From Trichormus sp. ATA11-4-KO1 (GTDB lineage Bacteria; Cyanobacteriota; Cyanobacteriia; Cyanobacteriales; Nostocaceae), in the NCBI GenBank assembly GCA_019358915.1, contig JAHHIM010000073.1, forward strand, positions 160,001 to 224,000: a stretch of DNA of 64,000 bases, written 5' to 3'. A program made the translations under genes and the position numbers. Of this stretch, positions 1 to 10,434 are shown piece after piece. Every line of letters starts with the position of its first letter. Position 1 is the first letter of the stretch. The notes below the pieces were generated by a model that did no database searches, was not told where the DNA came from, and saw only the letters and a program-made list of their open reading frames with translations.

Positions 1-1564
1 CGAATTAAAGTATGCCTTGAAACAAGCCATTGAACGGGGCTTACAATTGGCAATTTTCAACTCTTGTGATGGATTGGGTTTGGCGCGAGAATTAGCAGAT
101 TTGCACATTCCCCAGATTATTGTCATGCGCGAACCTGTGCCAGACCAGGTAGCCAAGGAATTTTTAAAGTATTTTTTAGCCGGGTTTGCCAATGGTAAAT
201 CTTTATATCAAGCAGTACGACAAGCGCGGGAACGGTTGCAAGGTATCGAGGATCAATTTCCTTGTGCAACTTGGCTACCCATCATTTGCCAAAATCCAGC
301 ACAGATACCACTCACTTGGCAAGAGCTAATCCGCACCCAGAAGCCAGACATTCCCAGTTCATCTCTGTTCCGCAAACCTGGATTGCCAGGGGCTTTGATA
401 TCTAGCCTGGCAATTACGGCCTTAATTTGTGGGATAAAATTTTTCGGAATGCTCCAAAATATCGAACTACAAGCTTATGACCAGATGATGCGATCGCGTC
501 CTGATGAAGGAACTGATCATCGCCTACTGGTAGTGACAATTGATGATACAGATTTGGCCAATCAACGACGTAATCATGAGTCGTTAAAAGGAACTTCACT
601 CTCGGAAGTATCTTTAAATAAATTATTAGTAAAACTCAAACAGTACCAACCCCTGGCCATAGGTTTAGATATCTATCGTGATTTTCCTGCTGAACAGCAA
701 GATTTAATCTCTCGTCTCCAAGAAACTGACAACTTGATTGGAGTTTGTAAGGGTAGTGATATCACAGCTAATACCAAAGGCATTGAACCACCACCAGAAA
801 TTCCCCCAGAACGCTTGGGATTCAGTGATTTTGTTCATGATCCTGATGGCGTTGTGCGTCGGCATCTTTTATATATGAACCAGGAGACAGCATCTTTGTG
901 TTCTGCTGCCTATGCACTGAGTTCACAACTGGCATTCCGTTATCTATCCTCCTTGGGAATGCAACCAAAGTTTACTTCTCAAAATCATTTGCAACTAGAT
1001 CAGACTGTTTTTGCTCGCCTTTCAACTCGTGCTGGTGGCTATCAAGGCATCGATGCCAATGGAGGTCAAGTCTTGCTCAACTACCGTTCCTCAAAAAATA
1101 TTGCCGAACAGGTGTCACTCACCCAACTTTTGTCTAATCCCATCAATCCCGGAGCCATTAAAAACCGCATTGTATTGATCGGTGTGGTAGCAAAGGGAGA
1201 TTTTCCCGACTACTGGGCGACACCTTACGGAAGTAGGTTAGATGAGCAAATGCCAGGAGTACTGGTACACGCCCATATGGTGAGCCAAATTCTTAGTGCC
1301 GTCTTGGATGGGCGACCATTGATGCAGGTTTGGTCACCGTGGGTTGAGGTGATGTGGATTTGGAGTTGGTCTGTAGTAGGAGGTGTAATTGCTTGGCAGT
1401 GGCGTTTACTCCCCAAATTGTCCTTGGGAGTTGGTATTACTTTTGGGGTTTTATATTTACTCTGCTTTAGTCTTTTAATTTGGGGTTTTTGGGTACCGTT
1501 TATTCCCTCAGCTTTGTCATTGGTGGCAACTGCTGGTGTGACATCAAGATTCAATAAGCAATAA
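1..1564 (+). CDS. CHAT + CHASE2 domain membrane protein (5' end lies outside window)
   Basis: CHAT C-terminal motif LQLAIFNSCDGLG...VMREPVPD; CHASE2 motifs AIGLDIYRD and GFSDFVHDPDGVVRRH; three C-terminal TM helices. Confidence 0.85.
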   Translation, partial: ELKYALKQAIERGLQLAIFNSCDGLGLARELADLHIPQIIVMREPVPDQVAKEFLKYFLAGFANGKSLYQAVRQARERLQGIEDQFPCATWLPIICQNPAQIPLTWQELIRTQKPDIPSSSLFRKPGLPGALISSLAITALICGIKFFGMLQNIELQAYDQMMRSRPDEGTDHRLLVVTIDDTDLANQRRNHESLKGTSLSEVSLNKLLVKLKQYQPLAIGLDIYRDFPAEQQDLISRLQETDNLIGVCKGSDITANTKGIEPPPEIPPERLGFSDFVHDPDGVVRRHLLYMNQETASLCSAAYALSSQLAFRYLSSLGMQPKFTSQNHLQLDQTVFARLSTRAGGYQGIDANGGQVLLNYRSSKNIAEQVSLTQLLSNPINPGAIKNRIVLIGVVAKGDFPDYWATPYGSRLDEQMPGVLVHAHMVSQILSAVLDGRPLMQVWSPWVEVMWIWSWSVVGGVIAWQWRLLPKLSLGVGITFGVLYLLCFSLLIWGFWVPFIPSALSLVATAGVTSRFNKQ

Positions 1565-1585
1565 ACATTAACCTGAGAAATTATT

Positions 1586-2380
1586 ATGAATTCAATTTCA
1601 CAACCGATAAAACTATTTTTAGTGTTAGCTCTTAGCTACACAGGATTTCTAACTAACCAAACTTTGGGACTGGCAACACCAGCACCCATCAAAACTAATC
1701 CTCAAACTCTCAGCTTTTCTCCACCCTCACCTCCACCAGATCCCCCTCCTGGAGGACGCGTCCGGGGGGGAGCAAGGCGAGATACTTGTCCACAGGTCAA
1801 ACCCGAACTCACAGCTTTAGTGCCCTCTACCTCTACTCAAGCATCTCCTTCAGTGACCAATGTTTGGGGATTGGCAACAAAGCCACATCCTACTTTATGG
1901 TTCTATGTGCCATATACCAAAGCTCTGGCTTATCCGACGGAATTTGTGTTGCAAGATGAGGAATCAAGTCCAATTTATCAGCAAGCGATCGCTCTACCAG
2001 ATCAACCAGGGGTGATCAGTGTTTCTTTGCCTACCAACGCTCTCCCGTTAACTTTGTCAAACCAATACCGTTGGTTTTTGACTATCAACTGTGACCAGAT
2101 AAAGCAATCTCCGCCTGCTCCTCCTGTTTATGTTGAAGGAGTGATCAAACGCGTCAAACTCAATCAGGCAACTACTGAGCAGTTACAAACAGCAACTCCG
2201 CTACAGCAGGTTGCCATCTATGCCCAAAATGGCATTTGGCATGAGGCACTAACTACTCTGGCCGAACTACGTCAGCAAAATCCTCAAGATGCAGTACTGC
2301 AAGCACAATGGAGAGATTTATTAGCCAGCATCGGCTTGGATGATATTGCCGAGGAACCTATTGTTTCAGGAAAACCTTAG
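1586..2380 (+). CDS. DUF928 domain protein
   Basis: Signal peptide, Pro-rich stretch, GGARR, PTLWFYVPY, YAQNGIWHEAL; usual partner of CHASE2 genes. Confidence 0.85.
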   Translation: MNSISQPIKLFLVLALSYTGFLTNQTLGLATPAPIKTNPQTLSFSPPSPPPDPPPGGRVRGGARRDTCPQVKPELTALVPSTSTQASPSVTNVWGLATKPHPTLWFYVPYTKALAYPTEFVLQDEESSPIYQQAIALPDQPGVISVSLPTNALPLTLSNQYRWFLTINCDQIKQSPPAPPVYVEGVIKRVKLNQATTEQLQTATPLQQVAIYAQNGIWHEALTTLAELRQQNPQDAVLQAQWRDLLASIGLDDIAEEPIVSGKP

Positions 2381-2605
2381 GGTGATTCAAACTGTTGTTA
2401 TGAGGCAGGCCCAAGCCATGCCTCTATGCTTTTTACCTTACTCAGTGCTGAGTGCTGAGTAATAACAAGAGGAAGGAAACACTTTCACACTCGGTAAATG
2501 CCCCACCCCTTGTATTTCCGGGCGGGCAAGACTTCGGCGTGAGCGCTCAGTCGATAGCTTGCGTGGCGAAGCCATACGCTGCCCACCCTTGATTCAGCAA
2601 CACCT

Positions 2606-2653
2606 ATTTTTCAATGCAGAGATTTATAAAATGATATCTCTGCATTGAAAAAT
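2606..2653. terminator. Perfect 18-bp inverted repeat between convergent genes, probable bidirectional terminator
   Basis: ATTTTTCAATGCAGAGAT (2606-2623) / ATCTCTGCATTGAAAAAT (2636-2653), directly after the cphA2 stop. Confidence 0.7.
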
Positions 2654-2655
2654 TC

Positions 2656-4563
2656 TTAAATTGTGCCGATTTCTTTTAAATAGACTCTATTGAATAATTC
2701 ATCTTCTCCTAAAGTGTAGTCTTCAATTAATCCTTGACGGCGGATAGAAATATCGTTGTCTTTTTTGATGATGATTGTAGAACCATCAAAAACATCCCGG
2801 ACTAACATCATTTCTGTTTCCGTGGGATTGTGCAAAACTACCATATTACTACCTTGGTAAAACATCCCTTGCTCCTCCAGGATGTTTTCCTCATACTCGG
2901 CAATCAGCAAATCAAGTTTTGGATGGCGCAGCAGAGTTCGCACGTTGCTATTGTAATCTTTGTGTAATAATTTTTTCGCTCGATTGACAAAAACTGCGTC
3001 ATGGCAAACAGCACCTATTGTCCAATCAGGATGTTGCGACAAAATATAATCTATGGTTTCTTGCAGTTCCTCAACTGAAATTTTATTAAAGGTAATAATC
3101 GGTATTCTGGCATTGACACCGGACGCAAAAAAAGTTTCTAAGATATGGGAAGGGACATCAACACTGTCACCAACAGCAGGGTTAAGATGCATTAAAATTC
3201 CCGGTGCGGCGTTGATTTCCAAAATGGCAAAGTTACCCGACTTCCATGATTCTGAGAGGTTTTCGGCAATGACATCAATACCAAGACAAGTGAGTCGAAA
3301 GTGTTGGGCAATGTCTTGCGCCAAGATAATATTGTCATGATGAATTGTGGGGGTAGCATCGATGCTGATACCTCCAGCCGAAAGATTGGCAACTTTGCGC
3401 AGATAAACAGTACGTCCTTTCTTGATTACACTGTCTAATGATAAACCTTGTTCGTACAGGTAAAGTTCCATCGCCTCATCGCACTGAATCTTAGTCATTG
3501 GTGAGGTGGGTGTATCCAAACGTGCGGATTTGCGATTTTCTTGGCGAATTAACTCTGCAATAGTTAAATATCCATCACCTACAACCGATGCGGGACGGCG
3601 TTCAGTGGCGGCGACAAATTTGCCATCAACACACAGTAAGCGAAAATCTGTGCCTGAAATGCTTTTCTCAACGATTATCCGTATTGGCTGATCTTCAGGA
3701 ATTGCTGCTAGTGCCCTACCATAGGCAGATTCTAGTTCTCTTGAGTCTTGTACGCCAGCCGTGACACCAATTCCTTTGTGACCGACTACAGGCTTAACTG
3801 CTACTGGGTAACGAATTTCTTTAGCTACTGCTAAGGCTTCTTTTTCAGAAAAAACGATATCACCTTCTGGTATTGGTAAACCCAAAGTTTGCAAAAATAT
3901 TTTGCAGTCATCTTTGCGGGTGGTGAAATCTGAATCTAAATGGCTATCACAATCAAAAGTTGTGGCAACACCACGAACTTGTTTTTTGCCGTAGCCATAT
4001 TGCATTAGTCCTTCGTCCCATAGGTAAAAGGTGGGAATACCTTTTTCGCAGGCTGTTCGCAACAAGGCGTAAACTGTGGGGCCACCATAGACAGACTGGC
4101 GGAATTGCTTTTGTAAGGTCAGCAGTTCCTCATCAAAGTAAAAGTCTTGGTCTTGGGTTATGGCTTCAAACCAATCCCAAACGAAGTAAACTACTGCTCT
4201 AGTGGTGCGTTCATGCAAAGATTGGACGCTAATCCGCGCATAATTTGGATATGGCTTGACATTCCAACGGTTGAGATGTAATTCCATATCTAGCTTGCCC
4301 ACTTCTGACACTAATTGGGCAAACAAATGGGCATGGGACTCGTATGTTTGTTCGCTCAAATGTGGATAGCGATCGCCTATGCTGGAAATGTAATCTGCGA
4401 TGGCTAGTGGCTTTCTATACTCGATCAGAGCGAAATCAAATACTAGTGCTCCTGTATCCAAATAAGGGTTAGGCCCAAGGTAATGCTTGAAGTTGAAAAT
4501 ATCGAACACATCGGTTTTTCTAGCATTAATGCGGACTAAATCGCTGCTTTTTTCTTGAGCCAT
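2656..4563 (-). CDS. cphA2: Cyanophycin synthetase 2 (short, ATP-grasp only type)
   Basis: 635 aa; ATP-grasp motifs YPVAVKPVVGHKGIGVT, ANLSAGG, EINAAPG; shorter than CphA1; divergent from a cyanophycinase gene. Confidence 0.88.
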   Translation of the reverse strand: MAQEKSSDLVRINARKTDVFDIFNFKHYLGPNPYLDTGALVFDFALIEYRKPLAIADYISSIGDRYPHLSEQTYESHAHLFAQLVSEVGKLDMELHLNRWNVKPYPNYARISVQSLHERTTRAVVYFVWDWFEAITQDQDFYFDEELLTLQKQFRQSVYGGPTVYALLRTACEKGIPTFYLWDEGLMQYGYGKKQVRGVATTFDCDSHLDSDFTTRKDDCKIFLQTLGLPIPEGDIVFSEKEALAVAKEIRYPVAVKPVVGHKGIGVTAGVQDSRELESAYGRALAAIPEDQPIRIIVEKSISGTDFRLLCVDGKFVAATERRPASVVGDGYLTIAELIRQENRKSARLDTPTSPMTKIQCDEAMELYLYEQGLSLDSVIKKGRTVYLRKVANLSAGGISIDATPTIHHDNIILAQDIAQHFRLTCLGIDVIAENLSESWKSGNFAILEINAAPGILMHLNPAVGDSVDVPSHILETFFASGVNARIPIITFNKISVEELQETIDYILSQHPDWTIGAVCHDAVFVNRAKKLLHKDYNSNVRTLLRHPKLDLLIAEYEENILEEQGMFYQGSNMVVLHNPTETEMMLVRDVFDGSTIIIKKDNDISIRRQGLIEDYTLGEDELFNRVYLKEIGTI

Positions 4564-4856
4564 TGATGATAAATCCTCGGCTAAACACCCTAATTTAGAC
4601 TTATCGATTATAAATGAATTTACAACAGAATTTGGGTAGCATTTAGTTTGTTTTTACCCTAATTTGGCCTAGCATAACTTGATTGCTGGGCATTTTCAAC
4701 CATCCCTTGGCATAATTAAATCGCCATTACTCAGAAAACAAAAAATATTCATCCTACAAGCGCTATAAATCAGCAAAAATATAACTTTTGAAAGGTGAAA
4801 TACTGTGCCAAAATCTATAAATTAGGATGAATTAGGTTTCGAGAAGACAGCAGAGT

Positions 4857-5060
4857 ATGAATAGCACACAAGCTGCTCTTAGAGATGAAGTGCGGCAACT
4901 TGCCGAAGAAGCTTTTCATCGCAAGTTGATTTCTGGTCATGGAGATGGGCCAGACATCAATGAGTATCAAATTGTCTACCAGGGCAAGCCCAGGCATATT
5001 CCTCTAGAGCAAGCACGTTTTTTCTTAATTAACTTGCTTTACAGGAGCCGGATTGGTTAG
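4857..5060 (+). CDS. Small hypothetical protein in the cphA2/cphB2 cluster
   Basis: 67-aa ATG ORF with globular-looking composition, located between cphA2 and cphB2. Confidence 0.65.
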   Translation: MNSTQAALRDEVRQLAEEAFHRKLISGHGDGPDINEYQIVYQGKPRHIPLEQARFFLINLLYRSRIG

Positions 5061-5287
5061 ATATTCTCTGTTCAAGCTAGGACTGGAGAATATTCAATTA
5101 CATTTAGTCAAAAGTGTAAATTTGGTAACTGGTAATTCTGCAAGGAGATGACTGATTAACCATGAGCAATTTCTGAGAATACCAGTATAAATATACACTT
5201 ACCAACTTGAATACAAATAACAAGGCCTCTAGAGGTATTATCTAGAGGTTGTTGAATGATGAGGTCTAATCTCAATGTTATCAAGAA

Positions 5288-5383
5288 AGGCAGAGGGCAG
5301 TCCCTAGTCCCTCTTTCATACTTGGCTGTGAAACTCGTTTCATTGGGACTGCCCTCTGCCTCCTGCCTCCTGCCTCCTGCCTT
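5288..5383. repeat. 17-bp perfect inverted repeat (40-nt spacer) followed by CCTCCTG heptamer STRR
   Basis: AGGCAGAGGGCAGTCCC (5288-5304) / GGGACTGCCCTCTGCCT (5345-5361), then tandem (CCTGCCT)n. Confidence 0.8.
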
Positions 5384-5503
5384 CTTCAATAATTACTTAG
5401 CTTGTTCTTAATCTTTTATTTTCTGCTGTAATCTACCAAACGGATGATTTTATGGGTCTAATTGTCATGCTTTATTGAAATTAAATAATTTAAATTATCA
5501 GGA

Positions 5504-6364
5504 GTGATCATGACGGACAGTACAACCAAACGCCAACTGGTGATTATTGGGGGAGCTGAAGATAAAGATGGAGAGTCACAAATTCTGCGGGAGTTTGTGC
5601 GCCGGGCTGGGGGCATAAAATCCAAAATTGTGATTATGACAGCTGCGGCAGAACTACCAAGGGATGTGGGAGATAATTACATTCGAGTATTTGAGCGTTT
5701 AGGATGTGAAGAAGTTCGCATAGTTGACACAGAAACTCGTGATGATGCATCTTCATCCACAGCATTGGAGGCGATCGCCAAGGCAACTGGTATATTTTTT
5801 ACTGGGGGAGACCAAGCTCGCATCACTAGCATCCTCAAAGATACTGAACTGGATGTAGCAATTCACAAACGATTCTCGGAAGGTATGGTTGTAGCAGGCA
5901 CAAGTGCGGGAGCAGCTGTGATGCCGGATAAAATGATTATGGAAGGCGACGCCCAAACTCATCCGCGCATGGAAATTGTAGAGATGGGGCCAGGTCTTGG
6001 TTTTCTGCCAGGAGTAGTAATTGACCAGCATTTCTCCCAGCGCGGACGCTTAGGACGTTTAATTTCAGCTTTAGTCCAAGAACCTGCTGGATTAGGATTT
6101 GGCATTGATGAAAATACCGCAATGGTAGTGACCGATAGCCAAATTGAAGTGATTGGGCAAGGTTCAGTGACGATTATTGATGAGTCAGAAGCTACATATA
6201 ATAATATGGGCGAAATTTTGAAAGATGAGCCGTTGGCAATTTTTGGAGCAAAGCTGCATATCTTACCACATGGCTATAAATTTGATCTAAAAACCCGTCA
6301 GCCTATCTTGAATCAAAGCACTGGGGCAAATATATCTGTGCCAGTTAGTTCAACAAACACCTAA
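5504..6364 (+). CDS. cphB2: Cyanophycinase (peptidase S51)
   Basis: IIGGAEDK, FFTGGDQ, catalytic GTSAG, IDQHFSQRGR, GIDENTA. Confidence 0.9.
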   Translation: MIMTDSTTKRQLVIIGGAEDKDGESQILREFVRRAGGIKSKIVIMTAAAELPRDVGDNYIRVFERLGCEEVRIVDTETRDDASSSTALEAIAKATGIFFTGGDQARITSILKDTELDVAIHKRFSEGMVVAGTSAGAAVMPDKMIMEGDAQTHPRMEIVEMGPGLGFLPGVVIDQHFSQRGRLGRLISALVQEPAGLGFGIDENTAMVVTDSQIEVIGQGSVTIIDESEATYNNMGEILKDEPLAIFGAKLHILPHGYKFDLKTRQPILNQSTGANISVPVSSTNT

Positions 6365-6439
6365 TTTTTAGCAGTTACAAATTAATTGATTAGGAAGTCA
6401 ATAGTTGGTGACTAGTCAGGATTTTTGAGTAAATATTCC

Positions 6440-6496
6440 CCAACTTTCCCTGAAAAATAGGCTATGGTAGCCCCTTTTTTCAGGGGGGAAAGTTGG
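6440..6496. terminator. Long imperfect hairpin downstream of cphB2, abutting a HIP1 site
   Basis: CCAACTTTCCCTGAAAAA ... TTTTTTCAGGGGGGAAAGTTGG. Confidence 0.55.
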
Positions 6497-6560
6497 CGAT
6501 CGCATTTTTAATTCCCTCGCTAAAATATAAATTTAAAGAAGTAGTTTAGTAGCTGAAAAA

Positions 6561-7016
6561 GTGCGAAAAATCATATTTTACGTATTATTTTTACTTGGCT
6601 TATTGGGGATTCTGGGATTTTCTTATATTTCTGCTTACATTTCGGAGAAACCGCCTTTAGTTAGTTGTCGCCAAGGGGCATTTAATTCATCACCAGGGGA
6701 AAAATACTACGCATATCCTGAAAAGCTAGTGGTTCAACCTTGGCGTGGGCCACATCATGTTTACGCTATATTTATGATTCCTAGTGGATATAGAAGTGAT
6801 GGTTTATTCACAGTATCAATATCTGGAACTCAAACTTACTGCGGACAATATATAAATAGTGGCAAGATTACTTCTGGAGTTGATGAGCCAAAATATTACA
6901 CCATGATGAGGGGTTATTTAAACACTCGAATTGCTCTGAGGTTAATTGCTCAAGGTAATATAAATCAGTTAAAGCAACCATTTAACTGGAGATTAGGTTA
7001 TGTCAAACGGAAATGA
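6561..7016 (+). CDS. Hypothetical protein with N-terminal membrane anchor
   Basis: 151-aa ORF with GTG start and a hydrophobic N-terminal helix. Confidence 0.7.
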   Translation: MRKIIFYVLFLLGLLGILGFSYISAYISEKPPLVSCRQGAFNSSPGEKYYAYPEKLVVQPWRGPHHVYAIFMIPSGYRSDGLFTVSISGTQTYCGQYINSGKITSGVDEPKYYTMMRGYLNTRIALRLIAQGNINQLKQPFNWRLGYVKRK

Positions 7017-7023
7017 AGAGTAT

Positions 7024-7049
7024 TGAGTGCTGAGTGCTGAGTGCTGAGT
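7024..7049. repeat. STRR heptamer tandem repeat (TGAGTGC)n
   Basis: Direct reading; the same unit occurs at about 2444-2460 and 61998-62052. Confidence 0.85.
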
Positions 7050-7129
7050 TAGAAGAATAATACTCAGGACTCTCGCACTTGGTACAAGCCCCGCCCAGCA
7101 CGGCTGACCGCAGGGCTTTACAGCACTTT

Positions 7130-8440
7130 TCATCTTTCCACTTCATCTACTGCCTTGGGAACCCCAGCAGTTAATACCTCATGACCATCAGGTGTGACTA
7201 AAACATCATCTTCAATCCGAATGCCAATACCAACCCAGCGTGAATCAGTTTCTGGTTGGTCTTCTGCTAGTTTAGTATCGGGGACAATATAAAGTCCTGG
7301 TTCCACTGTCAGCACTTGACCTGGTTGCAAAATCTGCGGTTTATCTTCACCATGCTGATAAACACCGACATCATGGACATCTAAACCTAACCAATGACTG
7401 GTGCGGTGCATATAATATGGCTTGTATTTTTCTTCTTCAATTAACTTGTCAATTTCACCTTTGAGGATACCAACTTCAACTAAACCCTCTGTGAGTACAC
7501 GGACTGCTGTCTCATGAATTGAGTTAAAACTGTTACCTGGTTTTACTTGAGCGATCGCCTGTTGTTGTGCCTCTAAAACAATTTCATACAGCACCTTTTG
7601 CTCTGGTGTAAATTTACCTCCCACCGGAAATGTCCGTGTAATATCAGAGTTGTAATAACCATAAGCGCAACCAGCATCAATTAGCAGCAACTCTTGCTCC
7701 TGCATCTGGCGATGATTCTCGATGTAGTGTAGTACACAGGCATTAGCGCCGGAAGCCACAATCGAAGGATAAGCTGGCCCCATACCACCCCGCAGCCGAA
7801 AAATGTGTTCTATCTCCGCCTGGATTTCGTATTCATAGCGTCCGGGTGCAGAAACTTTCAGGGCGTAATTGTGCGCTTCCACAGCGATCACCGCAGCTTG
7901 ACGCATCAAAGCTAACTCAGCTGCGCTTTTTACCAATCTCATGCTGTGGATCACGGTTCCCGTATCTTCTATAGCAACTGGGCCTGTGCCACGCTTGGGA
8001 TACGTCCGCAGTAAACTTTGGTAATGTCCGAGAATTGTGTCATTAAAACTGCGATCGCGTCCTAAATGATAGTAAATGCGATCGGCTTTTTCCAAATACT
8101 GCGGCAACTTTTCATCTAGTTCCGTAATGGGGTAAGCTGCATCCGCACCATAAATTTCCTTCGCTGCATCTACCCCACAGCGATAACCAGTCCAAACTTC
8201 CTGCTCTCGCTCCTTTGGTTGGACAAACAACACAAATCGATGTTCTGCATGGTGTGGCGCTAACACTGCTACCGCTTGCGGTTCATTAAAGCCAGTCAAA
8301 TAGAAAAAATCACTGTCTTGGCGATAAGCATATTCAACATCATTGTGCATCACTGCCATTGGCGCACTGCGAAAAATAGCAGTAGCGTTACCAATTTTTG
8401 CCATTAATTGTTCCCGGCGCTGCTGATATTCTGCTTGCAT
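7130..8440 (-). CDS. pepP: Xaa-Pro aminopeptidase (aminopeptidase P)
   Basis: YRQDSDFFYLTG, DAGC..YNSDITRT, HWLGLDVHD, TVEPGLY, GIRIEDDV. Confidence 0.95.
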   Translation of the reverse strand: MQAEYQQRREQLMAKIGNATAIFRSAPMAVMHNDVEYAYRQDSDFFYLTGFNEPQAVAVLAPHHAEHRFVLFVQPKEREQEVWTGYRCGVDAAKEIYGADAAYPITELDEKLPQYLEKADRIYYHLGRDRSFNDTILGHYQSLLRTYPKRGTGPVAIEDTGTVIHSMRLVKSAAELALMRQAAVIAVEAHNYALKVSAPGRYEYEIQAEIEHIFRLRGGMGPAYPSIVASGANACVLHYIENHRQMQEQELLLIDAGCAYGYYNSDITRTFPVGGKFTPEQKVLYEIVLEAQQQAIAQVKPGNSFNSIHETAVRVLTEGLVEVGILKGEIDKLIEEEKYKPYYMHRTSHWLGLDVHDVGVYQHGEDKPQILQPGQVLTVEPGLYIVPDTKLAEDQPETDSRWVGIGIRIEDDVLVTPDGHEVLTAGVPKAVDEVER

Positions 8441-9074
8441 AGCTAATCAATTTTATAGAATTATTGTGTTATTTTACACTTTACTAAACTGTAGGCGATA
8501 AAGATCATGCTTTTCAGTAGTCACTCATTTAAGTTATTTTAGCCAATATTTATTTCATCTCCAGTACTTCTGCTAAAAGTCTGTAGTTATACCAATTTTT
8601 TATTAACTTATACTTAACGAGTATTCCTCTTTCCCTTGGCGAAGTTGGCGTTTTTTTATTAAGTGCATCTTCATTGAGGATTTAATATTACTTATTACTT
8701 AAGAAAACGTCATCAACAATTAGATGGCAATTTCCCTGATGAATATAAAGGTGTGAAATATTACATTTTTTGAAATCAATATGTGATTTAAACTTAACAC
8801 TTTTAGTGAAAAATCAACATAAAAATCAGGATTTTTGTCTATAAATCCTGACATATACGAAATTTAAAATCAATTTATTGGAAATTGATTGAAACTGACT
8901 TGAAATTTAAATACAAATCATTTATTAAGCCAAAAAGTGTATACAAAGAATGACATTTAACAAAAACAAATGCTTATGAAAAAATATTTAAACAAGAATA
9001 AATGTTTTTTAATTACAGAAATAGCTGTCAGAAAAGAGCTAAAACTTTTATGACAACCAGCCATAAAAAACACC

Positions 9075-10307
9075 ATGTTGGAAACTCGAAACTCCTCCAC
9101 AGGATTGTCTTTAGATACAGCAGGAATGGCATTAGAATCTTTCCAAAAGTCGGCTGATTTGATATCACCTTTATATTCTGGGTTTTCCTTCAACGGTAGC
9201 AGTTCCTCACCATTACCAAGCGTACCCACAACTGATAATTTATTTGGAGGAGCCAACCCCAATCCTAATCCCTACTTAACTAGTGCGGCGATTGTGCCTG
9301 ATTTCAACGGCGATGGCAAAACAGACAAACTTTGGGTCAATGGTCAAACCGGCGAAATTATTGTGCGGCTGATGGATGGTACCAGAATTCTGGAACAGGC
9401 TTCTTTAGGTCAATTTGACTTATCATCCATGACTTACGAAATTGCCGATTTTAATAGTGACGGCAAGACTGACTTTTTGTTACGGAATCAAGCCACAGGT
9501 GAGAATCGCATTGTGCTAATGGATGGCACAAGAATTGCTGATACAGTGGCGCTGGAAACAGTTGATCCCAATTGGACTGCTAGCATTGGCGATTTCAATG
9601 GCGATCGCAAAACCGATATCTTCTGGCATAATGCTCAAACCGGTCAAAATGCTATTTGGACAATGGATGGCACCACAGTTCTAGATGCAGCCGTTTTAGA
9701 AAATACAGACGTATCATTTACACCAACCATTGTTGATTTTGATGGTAATGGCAAGAGTGATATTTTCTGGCGCAATCAGACAACGGGTGAAAACAGAGTT
9801 TGGTTCATGGATGGTACACAAAAAACCGAGTTTACTCTGCAATCACAAGACGCATCCTGGGACTTTACCCTTGGCGATTTCAACGGTGACCTCAGAACTG
9901 ATCTTTTGTGGAGAAATGTTCAAACAGGTGAGAACAAGATTTGGACAATGAATGGCATCTTTGTCACAGAGGGTGCGCTAGGGACACTTGACTCATCCTG
10001 GAAATCTAACATTGGCGATTTCAATGGCGATGGTAAGACAGATATCTTCTGGCACAATGAAGTCACTGGTGAAAATACCGCTTGGTTGATGGATGGCACA
10101 ACAGTTACAACTGAAGCTTTCCTACCAAGTAATCAAGCATCCTTAATGCCATCACTAGGCGATTTTAACAGCGATGGCAAAACTGATATCTATTGGCGGA
10201 ATCAAGAAACAGGTGCAGATAGCATTTGGACGATGGACGGTACAACAGCCGTTGAGACTCCCATAGCTGCGGAAGATCAGCTTGGCCCCGAATGGTTCAC
10301 CGCCTAA
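9075..10307 (+). CDS. FG-GAP/VCBS-type repeat protein (7 repeats, probable beta-propeller)
   Basis: Seven ~49-aa repeats with DFNGDGKTD-like Ca-binding motifs and WxMDG. Confidence 0.85.
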   Translation: MLETRNSSTGLSLDTAGMALESFQKSADLISPLYSGFSFNGSSSSPLPSVPTTDNLFGGANPNPNPYLTSAAIVPDFNGDGKTDKLWVNGQTGEIIVRLMDGTRILEQASLGQFDLSSMTYEIADFNSDGKTDFLLRNQATGENRIVLMDGTRIADTVALETVDPNWTASIGDFNGDRKTDIFWHNAQTGQNAIWTMDGTTVLDAAVLENTDVSFTPTIVDFDGNGKSDIFWRNQTTGENRVWFMDGTQKTEFTLQSQDASWDFTLGDFNGDLRTDLLWRNVQTGENKIWTMNGIFVTEGALGTLDSSWKSNIGDFNGDGKTDIFWHNEVTGENTAWLMDGTTVTTEAFLPSNQASLMPSLGDFNSDGKTDIYWRNQETGADSIWTMDGTTAVETPIAAEDQLGPEWFTA

Positions 10308-10387
10308 GACTTGTTTGAACAAGGAGGAAGACGGATGATCCTCTTCCCTCTGACTTCGTTGATGTACAGATAGTCTGAATAATCACA

Positions 10388-10434
10388 ACTTTGAACGCAA
10401 CTATGCTATTAATCTGCTTAGCTGCGTTCAAAGT
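10388..10434. terminator. Inverted repeat downstream of the FG-GAP gene
   Basis: ACTTTGAACGCA (10388-10399) / TGCGTTCAAAGT (10423-10434). Confidence 0.55.

Noticed and set aside
5156..5389. 77-aa ORF MKKAGGRRQEAEG and similar short ORFs (12634-12951, 32885-33082, 54802-55005, 62050-62262)
   Set aside because: Derived from STRR/REP DNA or antisense to real genes, with no recognisable motifs.
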